A DNA stretch of 39,822 nt from Octopus sinensis (GCF_006345805.1 NW_021835867.1:1-39822); one strand, 5' to 3'. Shown: positions 10,603 through 22,034, counted from the first letter of the stretch. Translations and numbers: made by a program. Notes: generated from the letters alone by a model not told the origin.

Positions 10603-10650
10603 TTTTAAACTCATCACTGCTTTAGCGCTGTATGTGTGGTGCTACGTGAC

Positions 10651-10846
10651 TGTGTCTGTTACCCTCCACCGCTTAACAACCGCAGTTGGTGTGTTTACGT
10701 TCTCGTAACTTAGCGGTTCTATAAAAGAGACCGACAGAATAAGTACCAGACTTAAAAAGTAAGTAGTGGGGTCGATTCGTTCGACTAAATTCCTTCAAGG
10801 TGGTGCTCCAGCATGGCCGCAGTCTAATGACTGAAACAAGCAAAAG
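10651..10846 (+). mobile_element. SINE-A 3' half
   Basis: cgtaacttagcggttc...agaataagtacc...ggggtcgatt...gctccagcatggccgcagtc...gactgaaacaag, as in 27840-27980. Confidence 0.85.
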
Positions 10847-11239
10847 ATGACAGATATACATACATATGCACACACACTCATACACACACATATTTATGTA
10901 TGTATATATGTATGTGTCTATATGTATACGTATAAATATATTTGTATGTGTGTGTGTGTTGCCGGAGGGATGCAGAAGAGGAGGAATGGGGGATGATTAT
11001 GACAAATGATCGTCTGATGAACTAATGAGGTCTCGAAGACATGGTTGTTTTATGTTGTTGTTGTTGTTGTTGTTGTTGTCTTACCATTCCATAGCTTCTC
11101 ATGGCTACCATTCTTGTTAATAGCGTTTTTATTAGGAACGGTTTAATTCCATCCTCTGTGTCTACCGTTTGCGTAAATGTGTGTCTATGAGTTTTATGTA
11201 TGAGCATGCGTGTTTTCGTACATACACATCTACAGTATA

Positions 11240-11506
11240 TAATACGCTATATATATATATTATATATATAATATATATATATTATATATATATATATATA
11301 TTATATATATATATATACGTGTGTCTGTATACACATCCCAGCCACACTGACTGTTTACGATATTTAGTATGAATTCTCACTACATCACCTTCCTCATCAT
11401 TGGAATGCATTGCGTTATATATACATATATGTGTGTGTATGTATATATATATATATATTTATACACATACATAATATATTTACATGTATGTATATAGTAT
11501 ATATAT

Positions 11507-11551
<45 letters not shown>

Positions 11552-11640
11552 ATAATATATATATATATACGAAAATATATGCACATATATCTATCTATAT
11601 ATATGTGTATGTATGTGTGTATGAGAGTGTGTGTACGTTT
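11240..11640. repeat. (TA)n/(TG)n microsatellites
   Basis: Directly visible. Confidence 0.9.
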
Positions 11641-11929
11641 GTGTCAATGCGTTTCCCTCTCTTTCTGGAGATATTTCTGTCTCCTCAATCAACCATCTCT
11701 CTTTTTTTCCTTTTCCTTATCTTTCTCTCCACATCACTTCTATACTTTGTCCACCCCTCTTTGTTTCTCTCTCTCTATCTATCCATCCATCTCGCACTAT
11801 GCCTCATCGCTAACCAACGGTCTCAACCAATAACTAAACCATTGCCATAATATTTCCCTGGATTAACGACTTCCTCTTGCCACCTTCCTATCAAGGCTTA
11901 ATCCGCCAAAACTGGCTCCGTGGTCAAAA

Positions 11930-12300
11930 CTTGACTCATCGTTCTGTATTTGTGACCATTTATCATTCCATCAATGGCAAATTGATGGCAGATCAGATGT
12001 GAGTCATGAGTCATCGGTGAGTCTCAGGGGCGACTTAGTAGACGACCAGAATTGAGTCATTGGTGAGTTTCTGTGGTGATTCAGAGGTGAGTCTTTGGTG
12101 AGTCACAGAGGTGAATCAGATGCGAGTTTTTGAGGAGACTCTGTGGGGAATCAGAGGTCAGTCAGCAATGAGCCGGCGGCGAATCTATAGAGGAGCCAAA
12201 CGGTAAACGTTGGTCTCAGTGTTGAATTAATGGGGGATTAGAGGTGAATCAAAATTCACTCAGTAGTGAGTCATCGATGCATGTGAGTGGGGAGTCAATC
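11930..12300. repeat. Degenerate ~12-bp minisatellite (GGTGAGTCA-like) with six perfect AP-1 consensus sites
   Basis: TGASTCA at 11932, 12000, 12007, 12053, 12099 and 12267, plus many near matches (ggtgagtct, ggtgaatca, ggtgattca). Confidence 0.65.
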
Positions 12301-12585
12301 AAATATCAGAAGAGAGTCAATTCTAAAGTCTCGTGGTTATTGTTGGCTAATGGTCACTTAATAGCGGGTCACGTGAGTAGTGTTGGTGTTGGTGGTGGTA
12401 GTGGATCGTGGGTCAATGAAGAAGATTTTTTTTATAATTGTGAAGGTTTAGGATAGAGTGTTAGCAATGTTATGTTACAGACGGTGGGGTCGCTATGTCT
12501 GATCATCAGAAATTGTGAAACCTGGTACACGAATTGGAGAAAGTTGGCTGTCGTTAATGGGTAAGGAGTGGTTACTGTCATATTG

Positions 12586-12720
12586 TTGTGTGTGTGTGTG
12601 TGTGTGTGTGCGTGCGTGTATGCGTTTGCGTGCGTGTGTGCGTACGTGTATGCGTGTGCGTGTGTACGCGTGCGTGTGTGTGTATGCGTGTGTGTGTGTG
12701 AGCGTGTGTTTGTGTGTGTA
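12586..12720. repeat. (TG)n/(TGCG)n alternating purine-pyrimidine tract
   Basis: Directly visible. Confidence 0.9.
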
Positions 12721-14454
12721 TGGTGCCGTTGAAGGAGACTATATTTATTTCTCAAAATCCAGTGTTCACATTTAATGTTGTATCAAGTTCAAATAGAATC
12801 ATACTTAATATGTACTCGCAGTCGATAGGCCAGTTTACTGCGGTATTTGCCTTGAGATAACATCCGTTATGGACGTGTCGTGTCAAAAACATAATAAATG
12901 TCAGAGACAGAAACAGAGACAGACAGAGACAGAGATAGAGGCAGCGACAGACAGATAGACTGACAGACTGACTGACAGAGCAGGAATGGAATTCGTCTCT
13001 GCAGAGACAAGCAAGAAGCCCACAAAGATTTCAGTCAATTTGGGCTTTTTCAATGGCGCGTAGCCACAGTCAATCACATGGTTGGACGAGAATTCATTAC
13101 CTCTAATATAGGAAAGAGTAAACAACACATTTACTGATGTTGCGAACAGCCGCCTGGTTGAATAGAAATCCGGGACATGCAATTGCGGTAGGGTTAAGAT
13201 TATGTATGCTACATATATATGGTTAATCGTCTCTAAATTTTCCCAGTAAAATGTCGAGTTGTTATTTTGAGTTTTTTTTATCATAAAAGGAACTATAGAC
13301 AAGATTTCCGTTACCTTCAGCTCTTAGTAAGTCACTGGAATCGAACTTAGAATTAGTAGAAATGTCAGATAAGAAAATAGAAAACGTGATTATGTCTTAG
13401 ACTTGAGTGTATTTTGTAGATTAGGGTTCTTGGGTAACGTGCCATGAACAGATGACAGATTAATTATTCTGGTAGATATAATGTCAGCCAATTTCACAAA
13501 ACAGTCTTTGATAATCTGATAACTCTTCCCGCATTCTGTCTTGCAAAGTATATTTACGGCACCGAAGTGAATTTAACTGATCTATCAGTCATTAAGTCCA
13601 CTGCTGTTGCCACTCAGCTCTGTGACGGCAGCAGATAACGTTTGATACAATTAGATAAGAAAAGAAATTCTTAAGCAATACCGAATTAACTGTTAGTTTC
13701 TCTTCGTTTTCTTGGTATTTTCTTCCGTCAGATGTTTAAAAAAGCAAAGTATTTAGACATACAACACAGGTGTTGTATTGAACACCTATTTAAGCTGTCA
13801 TGGTGGAGGGGCTGGTCGATAACGTCCACAAACCGAAGAATTCTCAGGCCCACTGAAACACTGTGAAGAATTTAAACATAGATTTCGGTGACTTTAAGAC
13901 TTATTTATGGTTTCCAACGGATAAAACCGCCATAAAGATTCTGTCACGAGGTTTATAAATCTCAGAGAAGAACTAAAGCTGTCAGTTGCACGAGAAATCT
14001 TCTAGAAGGTAGCTTAACGATGTTTAGGTCAGAACCGGTAACTGAAGAATTAAAAATTGATCACTCGTAGATTTATGTTTGTCTGTTTAGAGTTTTTATC
14101 CCTGGAGATATTGCACTTTATTCTAACTTAACCCAGCAGATAGCAATTTGTAGTAAATTTAGATAAAAACCAAGCGGTGTAGCGTTTAGTATGGGGCTTG
14201 TGTTTGATGAATAAAATGTGGAACCGAGAAAGAGCGAGATTCTTGCACGTACGAGGTCAGCCAGAGGAATTTGTAACCAGAAGTAGCGTTGCTTTCTTGG
14301 ATCGCTCAGACCTACATTTATTATCATGAAAAAAAAAAAGCTAAAATTGGAAACAGCTTGATATTGTAGAAGTGGGCAAAAGATCGGGAAGAGAATTTAC
14401 GAAAAATGTGTGGGAGAGGAGAGTGCGTATGGTTGTGTGTCTAGCATGTGTAGC

Positions 14455-15620
14455 TCAGTGTGTGCTTGTGTGTGTGTGTGTGTGGTATGTGTGTGTATAT
14501 GTGTGTGAGTGTGTGTGCATATATATATATGTATATATATATTTGTGTATGTATCTATATATACACACACATACATATAATAAACAAAACGGGTGCTGCG
14601 AAACATCTACATGTATTTCATTACTATACACATATATGTGAGTGTATATATACACGCGCATGTGTTTGTGTATAAAAAATACACCTATATACATATAAAC
14701 ACATGCACATGTATGTATATATGTATGTATGTATACACGTATATTGCACTAACAGACACAAACATTTACACATATCTGTAAGTGTATATACATGTGTGTT
14801 TATGAATCTGTATCACTGTATATATGTTTGTTAAAGATACATGTATATATAAAGATATATGTATATATAAAATACTAGAGGCATGTAATGCTGTATAAGA
14901 GTGTATATAGCATATATACACATGTTCCCTCGACAATTATAATGTAGTTTGTCAAGTTTACATCTCAATGTGTTTGCTTCATTTATATTCAGCAATGTCT
15001 GTATACATACAGATGTGTATACATGTGTATAAACATATATACATATATATATATATATAAGCATATATATGATGCATGTATGTATGGTTGTGTATTTATG
15101 AATATATGTATGTATGTGTGTGTATATATATATATACATATATGTATGTATATGTGTGTGTATATATATACATATATGTATGTATATATGTATGCATATA
15201 TGTATGTGTATGTGTGTATATGTATATATATATGTGTATATGTATACGTGTGTATATGTATATATGCATGTTTGTATGTATGTGTGTATATATATATGTA
15301 TGTTTGTATGTATGTGTGTATATGTATATATTATGTATGTGTATATGTATGGGTGTATATATATTATATATGCATATAAATATGTATGTGTATATGTATG
15401 TGTGTATATATATATGTATATATGTATGTGTGTGTGTATATGTATATAAGTATGTATGAGTGTATAAGTATATATGCATGTATGTGATTATATGTATATA
15501 TGCATGTATGTGTATATATATGTATATGTGTATATGTATGTATGTATATGTGTGTGTGTATGCAGATATCTATTTGTGCTTCCACGTACGCATGCGTCTG
15601 TGTTTATACATATGTGTGTA
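14455..15620. repeat. Large degenerate (TA/TG)n low-complexity region
   Basis: Directly visible. Confidence 0.9.
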
Positions 15621-16315
15621 CATTATTTATGCCAGCCTCTTTAATTATCCGTCTCTCACTCAAACAACCGAGTTGTAATCTGCCAACATTTTATTCATTT
15701 GCTATAATATAAAAAGCTCGACATTCTGTCCTTACATAACAACTGCTTTGTTTCGCCATGGAAAAGCTCTTTAGGTATTGTTCCTTATTTCACCTTTTAA
15801 ATTGATTTTTTAAAAAAGAATCGATATATATCATTTGCTTCGTATAGTGTTTACATTGTGGAATATACACCAGAAAAACCTACCAAATTTAACCGTAAAA
15901 CTTTGAGGCTTTAATCTTACAAACGAGAAAGGAAGCTGGTTTGCTTCGGTTTCTATTTGTGAAGCTTTGTGATCACAGCGATAGCTCTGGTAGATTGGTT
16001 ATCACAGCTAATCGATTTTGGTAGGTACATGGTTCGATACTGGAAGATGAATCTGCCCCCTCTTTTTTCGCCTAATAGTCTTTTTTTACGTTTATCAAAT
16101 CGTTTTGCAAGATTCCTCATCTGAAATCAAGTGTTGAAACAGATATTGTTGTTCTTCGCGATGGTCATTTTATTTACTATTTATTTATTCATTTTGCCAA
16201 ATAAACATATTCGCAAAAAATATTTTCCTCATTCGTTTATTACTGTTATTTTATTATTTTAATGTTTAAAGAACAGGAAGGAGTGAGCGGAGCAAGAACA
16301 CACGTGGAAACGAAG

Positions 16316-16360
16316 TGTCGCTGAAGAGGTCACAGATGTATGATGAAAGATTTCCGGACA
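16316..16360 (+). ncRNA. Degenerate hammerhead-like motif
   Basis: TGTCG-CTGAAGA-GGTCA-CAGATGTA-TGAT-GAAA-GA-TTT-C-CGGACA. Stem I TGTC(C)G/CGGACA, stem II GTCA/TGAT, weak stem III. Confidence 0.45.
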
Positions 16361-16465
16361 ATGGACTGGCATTAAAATAAAATAACCAAATCAGTCCGGT
16401 GTTATCTGCACAGCTCGAAGCAAGGTGAATAAAATCAAAATGAGTAACAGGATTTCAAGTAGTAA

Positions 16466-16552
16466 TGCAGTACAACTGTCTCAAGCGGCTCCATTTAATT
16501 GAACAATGTAATAATTACATCAATTTTAAATACAGCGCTATCTTCAGCTGCA
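16466..16552 (-). ncRNA. Degenerate hammerhead-like motif with long stem II
   Basis: Minus strand: TGCAG-CTGAAGA-TAGCGCT...[AATTGA/TCAATT, TGTAAT/ATTACA hairpin]...AGCCGCTT-GAGA-CAGTTG-TA-CTGCA. Stem I is 5/5, stem III is near-palindromic ACAGTTGT, GAAA is mutated to GAGA. Confidence 0.5.
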
Positions 16553-16924
16553 CAAATATGGAACTTCAACAGACAAGATACATTAATATAATTTTTCTTA
16601 AATATTTTAACAGAGCAAGAGGATGGAAGAAATTCATGTTGCCGCTATTGTGGTAGGAATAGCTAAGAGAACAGATATATATATATATATATATATATAC
16701 AAACACACACATACACACACATTTCTATCTATGTATGAATATATGAATGTATGAATGTATATCTATGTTGAGTAATTAGAAAGACAGAAACAATTGGGGA
16801 GAGAGTGAGAGGGCAAAAATGACAGAGAGGGTGAAAGAGTGAGGGAGAGAAAGACGGGGAGAGAGAGCAGTATATAAGGAACGTAACTTATAGAATATTA
16901 TGTCTACAGACAGAGAAGAAGGAA

Positions 16925-17198
16925 TGAGTTCGTTTCCCGGACTGGGCTGTGTGTTGTGTTCTTGAGCAAGACACTTTTTTTCACGTTGCTCCAATCCACT
17001 CAGCTGGCAAAAATGAGTAGTGCCTGTATTTCAAAGGGCCAGCCTTGTCACACTCTGTGTCACGCTGAATCTCTCTGAGAACTACATTGAGGGTATCCAT
17101 GTCTGCAGAGTATTCAGCCACTTGCACGTTAATTTCACGAGCAAGCTGTTCTGTTGATCAGATTAATGGGAGCACTCATCGTCGTAACCGACGGAGAC
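16925..17198 (+). mobile_element. SINE-B-related copy (second head type, tail T1), 5'-truncated
   Basis: B-box-like gagttcgtttccc, CORE-like tgttcttgagcaagacactt, T1 tail cacttgcacgttaatttcacg...cgtcgtaaccgacggag. Confidence 0.85.
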
Positions 17199-17219
17199 CC
17201 AGTTATTATTATTTATGTT

Positions 17220-17615
17220 CTGGCAGAATCGTTAGCACGCCTGGCGAAATACTTAGCAGTATTTCGTCTGTCATTACGTTCGGAGTTCAAATTCTGCCGA
17301 GGTCAACTTTACCTTTCATCCCTTCATGGTTGATAAATTAAGTACCAGTTACGCACCGGGGTCGATATAATCGATTTAATCCGTTTGTCTGTCCTTGTTT
17401 GTCCCCTCTGTGTTTAGCCCCTTGTGGGCAGTAAAGAAATAGGTATTTAATGTCTTTATGTTCTGAGTTCAAATTCCGCCGAGGTTGATTTTTGCCTTTC
17501 ATCATTTCGGGGTCGATAAATTAAGTATCAGTTACGTACTGGGGTCGATCTAATCAACTGGTCTCCCCACCCCAAAAAAAAGATTTTCGTGCCTTGTGCC
17601 TAGAGTAGAAAAGAT
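17220..17615 (+). mobile_element. SINE-C with head and two tandem body units
   Basis: Head tggcagaatcgttagcacgcc. Body gagttcaaatt..gccgagg...aagtaccagttacgcac occurs twice, joined at taaagaaata|ggtattt (~17441). Confidence 0.85.
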
Positions 17616-17974
17616 AATTTATTATTGTTATCGTTGCTGTTGTATTTGTTGTTATTTATCGCAATCGGGGGGGCGAAAAAGAAAACCCTCTTTCTTGTAA
17701 GGGATGAACCGTGGCATCTGGGATGTGTCATCTCCACCGACGACGCCGTCACTGGCGCCACCACCATTGCCTACGCCACCATCAACACTAATACTCCGTG
17801 ATCGTTATCATCTCCTTTCTCTTCCCCCTCCTCCTCCTAACCACCACCACCACCGTCGTCGTCGTCATCATCGTCATTACCATCATATTCTTTCATCTCA
17901 TCACCTCTATCATAATTAACATTACTCACAACCCCATTATTTCCATAATGCGCCATTCACAAAATACGCATTAC

Positions 17975-17988
17975 ACTTACACACACAC

Positions 17989-18021
<33 letters not shown>

Positions 18022-18391
18022 GATACACACACACACACACACACACATATAAACACGCATATACGTCTACACACGCAAACACACATACATGCATGCTCAT
18101 ACATACACATACATGTACACATTTCCATACAACTACACAGATATACATATACATATATACACATATAAATGGCGGTGCCCCAGCATGGCCACAGCTCGTG
18201 AGCTAAAACTAGATAAAATAAAATAAAAAATATACATACACATATATACACGTATACACGTATACACACGCATAGGCGCATACACGCCTACGCTCGCATA
18301 CACATACATGCATAGACATACACACACATATACATATACAGAAATGCACAAACATACACACACGCCTACACACATGCATGCCCACACATAC

Positions 18392-18440
<49 letters not shown>

Positions 18441-19130
18441 CACACACAAACACACATATATGGGCAACACATACATAAACAGACAAGTGCATGAGATATA
18501 ACACAAGTAATGCGACTAAAAAAACAAAAACAATATGGAAAACAACAACATCATCATCATCATCATCGTCATTGTCAACAACAACAGCAACAACAACAAC
18601 TACAATGCTAGCAGTAAGCATTAACAAAATACACATTTCACAAATATAACTAAACAAAAGCAAAAAACAAAAACAAAAGCAAAAACAAAACAAAATCCGA
18701 TCGACAACAACAACAACAACAACAAACATAACTGAACATTCATCTACAAAACTGCAGCAGCATTAAATAAGACATCACCAGCACCAGCACCAGCACCACC
18801 ACCGCCGCCGTTAACAACAACTACAACAACAACAACAACAAGCATAACTATAATCGCAAGAACAACAAGCATACAAACTATGAAACATAACTACAACAGG
18901 AAGAACAACATTAAAAATATATATAACAATACTGTACTACAACAGCAACAAACAACAAAAATAATCGATGAAAACCAGCACAAACACTAAACCCCCCTCT
19001 ACCACCACCACCACCACCACCATCATGATCATCGTCTTCGTCGTTGTCGTCACTACCACTACCTCATCATCATCATCACCATCATCAACAACAACAATAA
19101 CAAGAACTCCGACATCAATAACAATATGAA
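17975..19130. repeat. (CA)n, (CAA)n, (CAT)n, (CAC)n microsatellite mosaic
   Basis: Directly visible. Includes a short SINE tail ggcggtgccccagcatggccacag at ~18170-18228. Confidence 0.85.
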
Positions 19131-19724
19131 CAACAGTCGAACAATATTCGATATTCTTATAAATCAGAAACTATTTCAAACCTAAACAACAAAAACCTGT
19201 ACAAAATGTCAGTCATGTGACAGTTTCCACCTGTTTCACCTCACAATATTTTGTACTTCTTCACTAAAGAGTTTCTCTTGTTTTTCATTGTCGTACAGAA
19301 ATCTGTTTTTCCTTTTAACATTGTTTTACGTTTCGATTGATTGGTGCAGACGGTAGCGAGACAAAGCACGGGTTTACAACGCGCAACAGATTGTGTAGAC
19401 GGGTTACAGTCGGCGGAGAGTCAAAGAGAGATTTCATATGACGGAGGATGAATCGTCAGTGGTGTTTCCGGGTTATCATGCGGTTTCGGGTCTTTGTTTA
19501 TCAGACCTACTTCACTCAGTTCACTCAGTCGGGGTTACCCAAGTCCCAGATTGCATCCAAGTAGCAGCAGAGGCGTTGGATCGTCCTCTTTTTCCAAAGC
19601 CATCTAGTGGCCTTCTGCAGCTTCAGAAATTGAACTACTCGCCCCCATCACCTGAAATCACTCTTCGGCATCTAATATTCCGTTTTCCCCTTCATAAAAA
19701 AAATGTAATATAGAAAAAAATGAT

Positions 19725-20020
19725 ACTCCGTCGGTTGCGACGATGGGAGTTCCAGTTGACCCAATCAACGGAACAAGCTACTCGTGAAATTAACGTGCAA
19801 GTGGCTGAGTACTCCATAGACACACGTACCCTTAATGTAGTTCTCAGGGAAATTCAGCGTGACACAGAATGTAACAAGGTACAGCTCATCTTTGCCAGCT
19901 GAGCGAACTGGAGCAACGTGAAATAAAGTGTCTTGCTCAAGGACTGAACGCGACGTCGGTTTTCGAACTCACGACATTACGATAGTGAACCGAATACCCA
20001 GGACCACTAAGCCACGCACC

Positions 20021-20025
<5 letters not shown>
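19725..20025 (-). mobile_element. SINE-B-related copy (second head type, tail T1)
   Basis: Reverse complement of 16925-17198 with an internal deletion. Head gaaggtgcgtggcttagtggtc. Confidence 0.85.
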
Positions 20026-20071
<46 letters not shown>

Positions 20072-20113
20072 ACACACACATACACACACACACAAACACA
20101 CGCACACATACGT

Positions 20114-20255
20114 ACTCATTTTTGCCAGCTGAGAGGACTTGAGCAACGTGAAATAAAGTGTCTTGCTGAAGGACAGAACGCGTCGCCGGGAATCGAACTC
20201 ACGACATTACGATCATGAGCCGAATACCCCAGGCCACCACGCCACGCGCCTTCAC
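20114..20255 (-). mobile_element. Second copy of the same SINE head/CORE segment
   Basis: Direct repeat of ~19885-20025, separated from it by a (CA)n tract. Confidence 0.85.
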
Positions 20256-20289
20256 TGCCCCGTCATTATATAAATGTACTCACTTTCCC

Positions 20290-20800
20290 GGCGTGCTTTG
20301 CCTTTCATCCTTTCGGAGTCGATAAATAAAGTACCAGTTTCGCACTGAGGTCTATGTAATCAACTTAATCCGTGTGTCTGTCCTTGTTTGTCCCTTCTGT
20401 GTTTAGCTCCTTGTGGGTAGTAAAGGAATAGGTATTTCGTCTGTCTTTACGTTCTGAGTTCAAATTCCACCGAAGTCGACTTTGCCTTTCATCCTTTCGG
20501 AGTCGATAAATAAAGTACCAGTTACGCACTGGGGCCTATGTAATCGACTTAATCCCTTTGTCTGTCCTTGTTTGTCCCCTCAATGTTTAGCCCCTTGTGG
20601 GTAGTAAAGGAATAGGTATTTCGTCTGTCGTTACGTTCTGAGTTCAAATTCCGCCGAGGTTGACTTTGCCTTTCATACTTTCGGGGTCGATAAATAAAGT
20701 ACGAGTTACGCACTGGGGTCTATGTAATCGACTTAATGCCTTTGTCTGTCCTTGTTTGTCCCCTCAATGTTTAGCCCTTTGAGGGCAATAAAGAAATATA
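20290..20800 (+). mobile_element. SINE-C body concatemer (184-bp unit x ~2.7) with 23-bp TSD
   Basis: ctttgcctttc recurs at 20296, 20480 and 20664. Flanks are tatataaatgtactcactttccc (20267-20289) and tatataaatgtattcactttccc (20801-20823). Confidence 0.9.
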
Positions 20801-21101
20801 TATATAAATGTATTCACTTTCCCAAGTACAAAAAGATTTCCATAAATCTTCGCCTTATCAATTTCAACCACCATCTCCCAAATCGGTTTAGCATTTTTCT
20901 TGCTTCATAAAACCCCTGATTATATTTAATCCTTTCATTTCTTTCCTTACCTTTTAAAAATATAATTTACATTCTCTTCGCTTCTCTAACCTTGTCACAA
21001 TTTTCACTTTATTTTCAACACGTTTTCCACCATGACAGTCAATGCTCAGGATTTCTCCAGTTTTTCTTATAATTAATGGGTTTTTAGATTTCGTCTGTAT
21101 A

Positions 21102-21253
21102 GGCTGTGTGGCAAGAAGCTTGCTTCCCAACCACATGGTTCTGGGTTCAGTCTCACAGCGTGGTACCTTGGACAAGTGTCTTTTACTATACCCTCGGGCC
21201 TACCAAAGCCATGTGAGAGGTTTTAGTAAACGGAAACTGAAAGAAGCCCGTCG
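21102..21253 (+). mobile_element. SINE-A 5' half
   Basis: ggctgtgtggcaagaagcttgcttcccaaccacatggttctgggttcag...ccttggacaagtgtc...aactgaaagaagcccgtcg, followed by (TCTA)n. Confidence 0.9.
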
Positions 21254-21306
21254 TATGTAGTATGTATGTATGTATGCATGTATCTATTTATCTATCTATC
21301 TATCTA

Positions 21307-21381
<75 letters not shown>

Positions 21382-21629
21382 CATATTTCGTTCATATATA
21401 TTCCATATTGTGTTGCTATGGGTTTACGAAGCTATAAAATATTGACAAAGGGGGGAGCGATAAGCAGTGATAAGTGAAATTGCAATGCCATTATCCATCC
21501 GAATATGCTCGATGCATGTTCGAACTGGGGAACAAGCAACTCACTGCGTTTCGTCACAGGGAATATATCTCGCTTGTTGACAAAAGGTGCGTATACACTT
21601 AGATCAGCTCGCAGCGCCACCTACCTAGA

Positions 21630-21677
21630 CTGTGATATGTCAAGATTTCGGATCAGTTGTCTCCTCATCGGTCACAG
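21630..21677 (-). ncRNA. Type I hammerhead-like motif (U4>C variant)
   Basis: Minus strand: CTGTGA-CCGATGA-GGA-GACAACTGA-TCC-GAAA-TCTTGACA-TA-TCACAG. Stem I 6/6 perfect, stem II GGA/TCC, AUA triplet. Confidence 0.6.
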
Positions 21678-22034
21678 ACACTAAACAGACGGCTGCATTA
21701 AGGGATCGTCTCTCCTATGCTTTTCTAATCACCGTACGATGACTGGCACCGAACGTGCACCAAACATATTCCGACCAAAAATGACATTGCTGCTTCACTT
21801 ATCACGGTTTAGCGTCCCCACCCGCCCCACTACGTAATTTGCTTACGGTGGGCCGCCGTATACCACTCTCTCTCTCTGTTCATTCAAAACTTCTAAAGTC
21901 TCCTGACTCATTTTACACTCATCTTCTCTCTCTCTCTTTGTACTTATTCCGCACCCGTACTCTTTGTACTCACTCTGTACTCATCCTCTTCCTCAACACG
22001 TTATTATTTCACAACGATACAACGCGCATGCAGA

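Noticed and set aside
11010-11045. CTGATGA...CGAAG
   Set aside because: No stem II pairing and no GAAA.
15735-15780. Minus-strand CTAAAGA-GC...GC-GAAAC...GTT
   Set aside because: G5 missing and stems I and II too weak; within chance expectation.
15982-16043. Weak A-box/B-box pair (tggtagattgg...ggttcgatact)
   Set aside because: No cloverleaf and no recognisable SINE body; at most a very old remnant.
19475-19520. Minus-strand GGTCT/AGACC stem followed by CGAAAC, hammerhead-like
   Set aside because: The first box reads GTGAAGT and neither stem I nor stem III can be formed convincingly.
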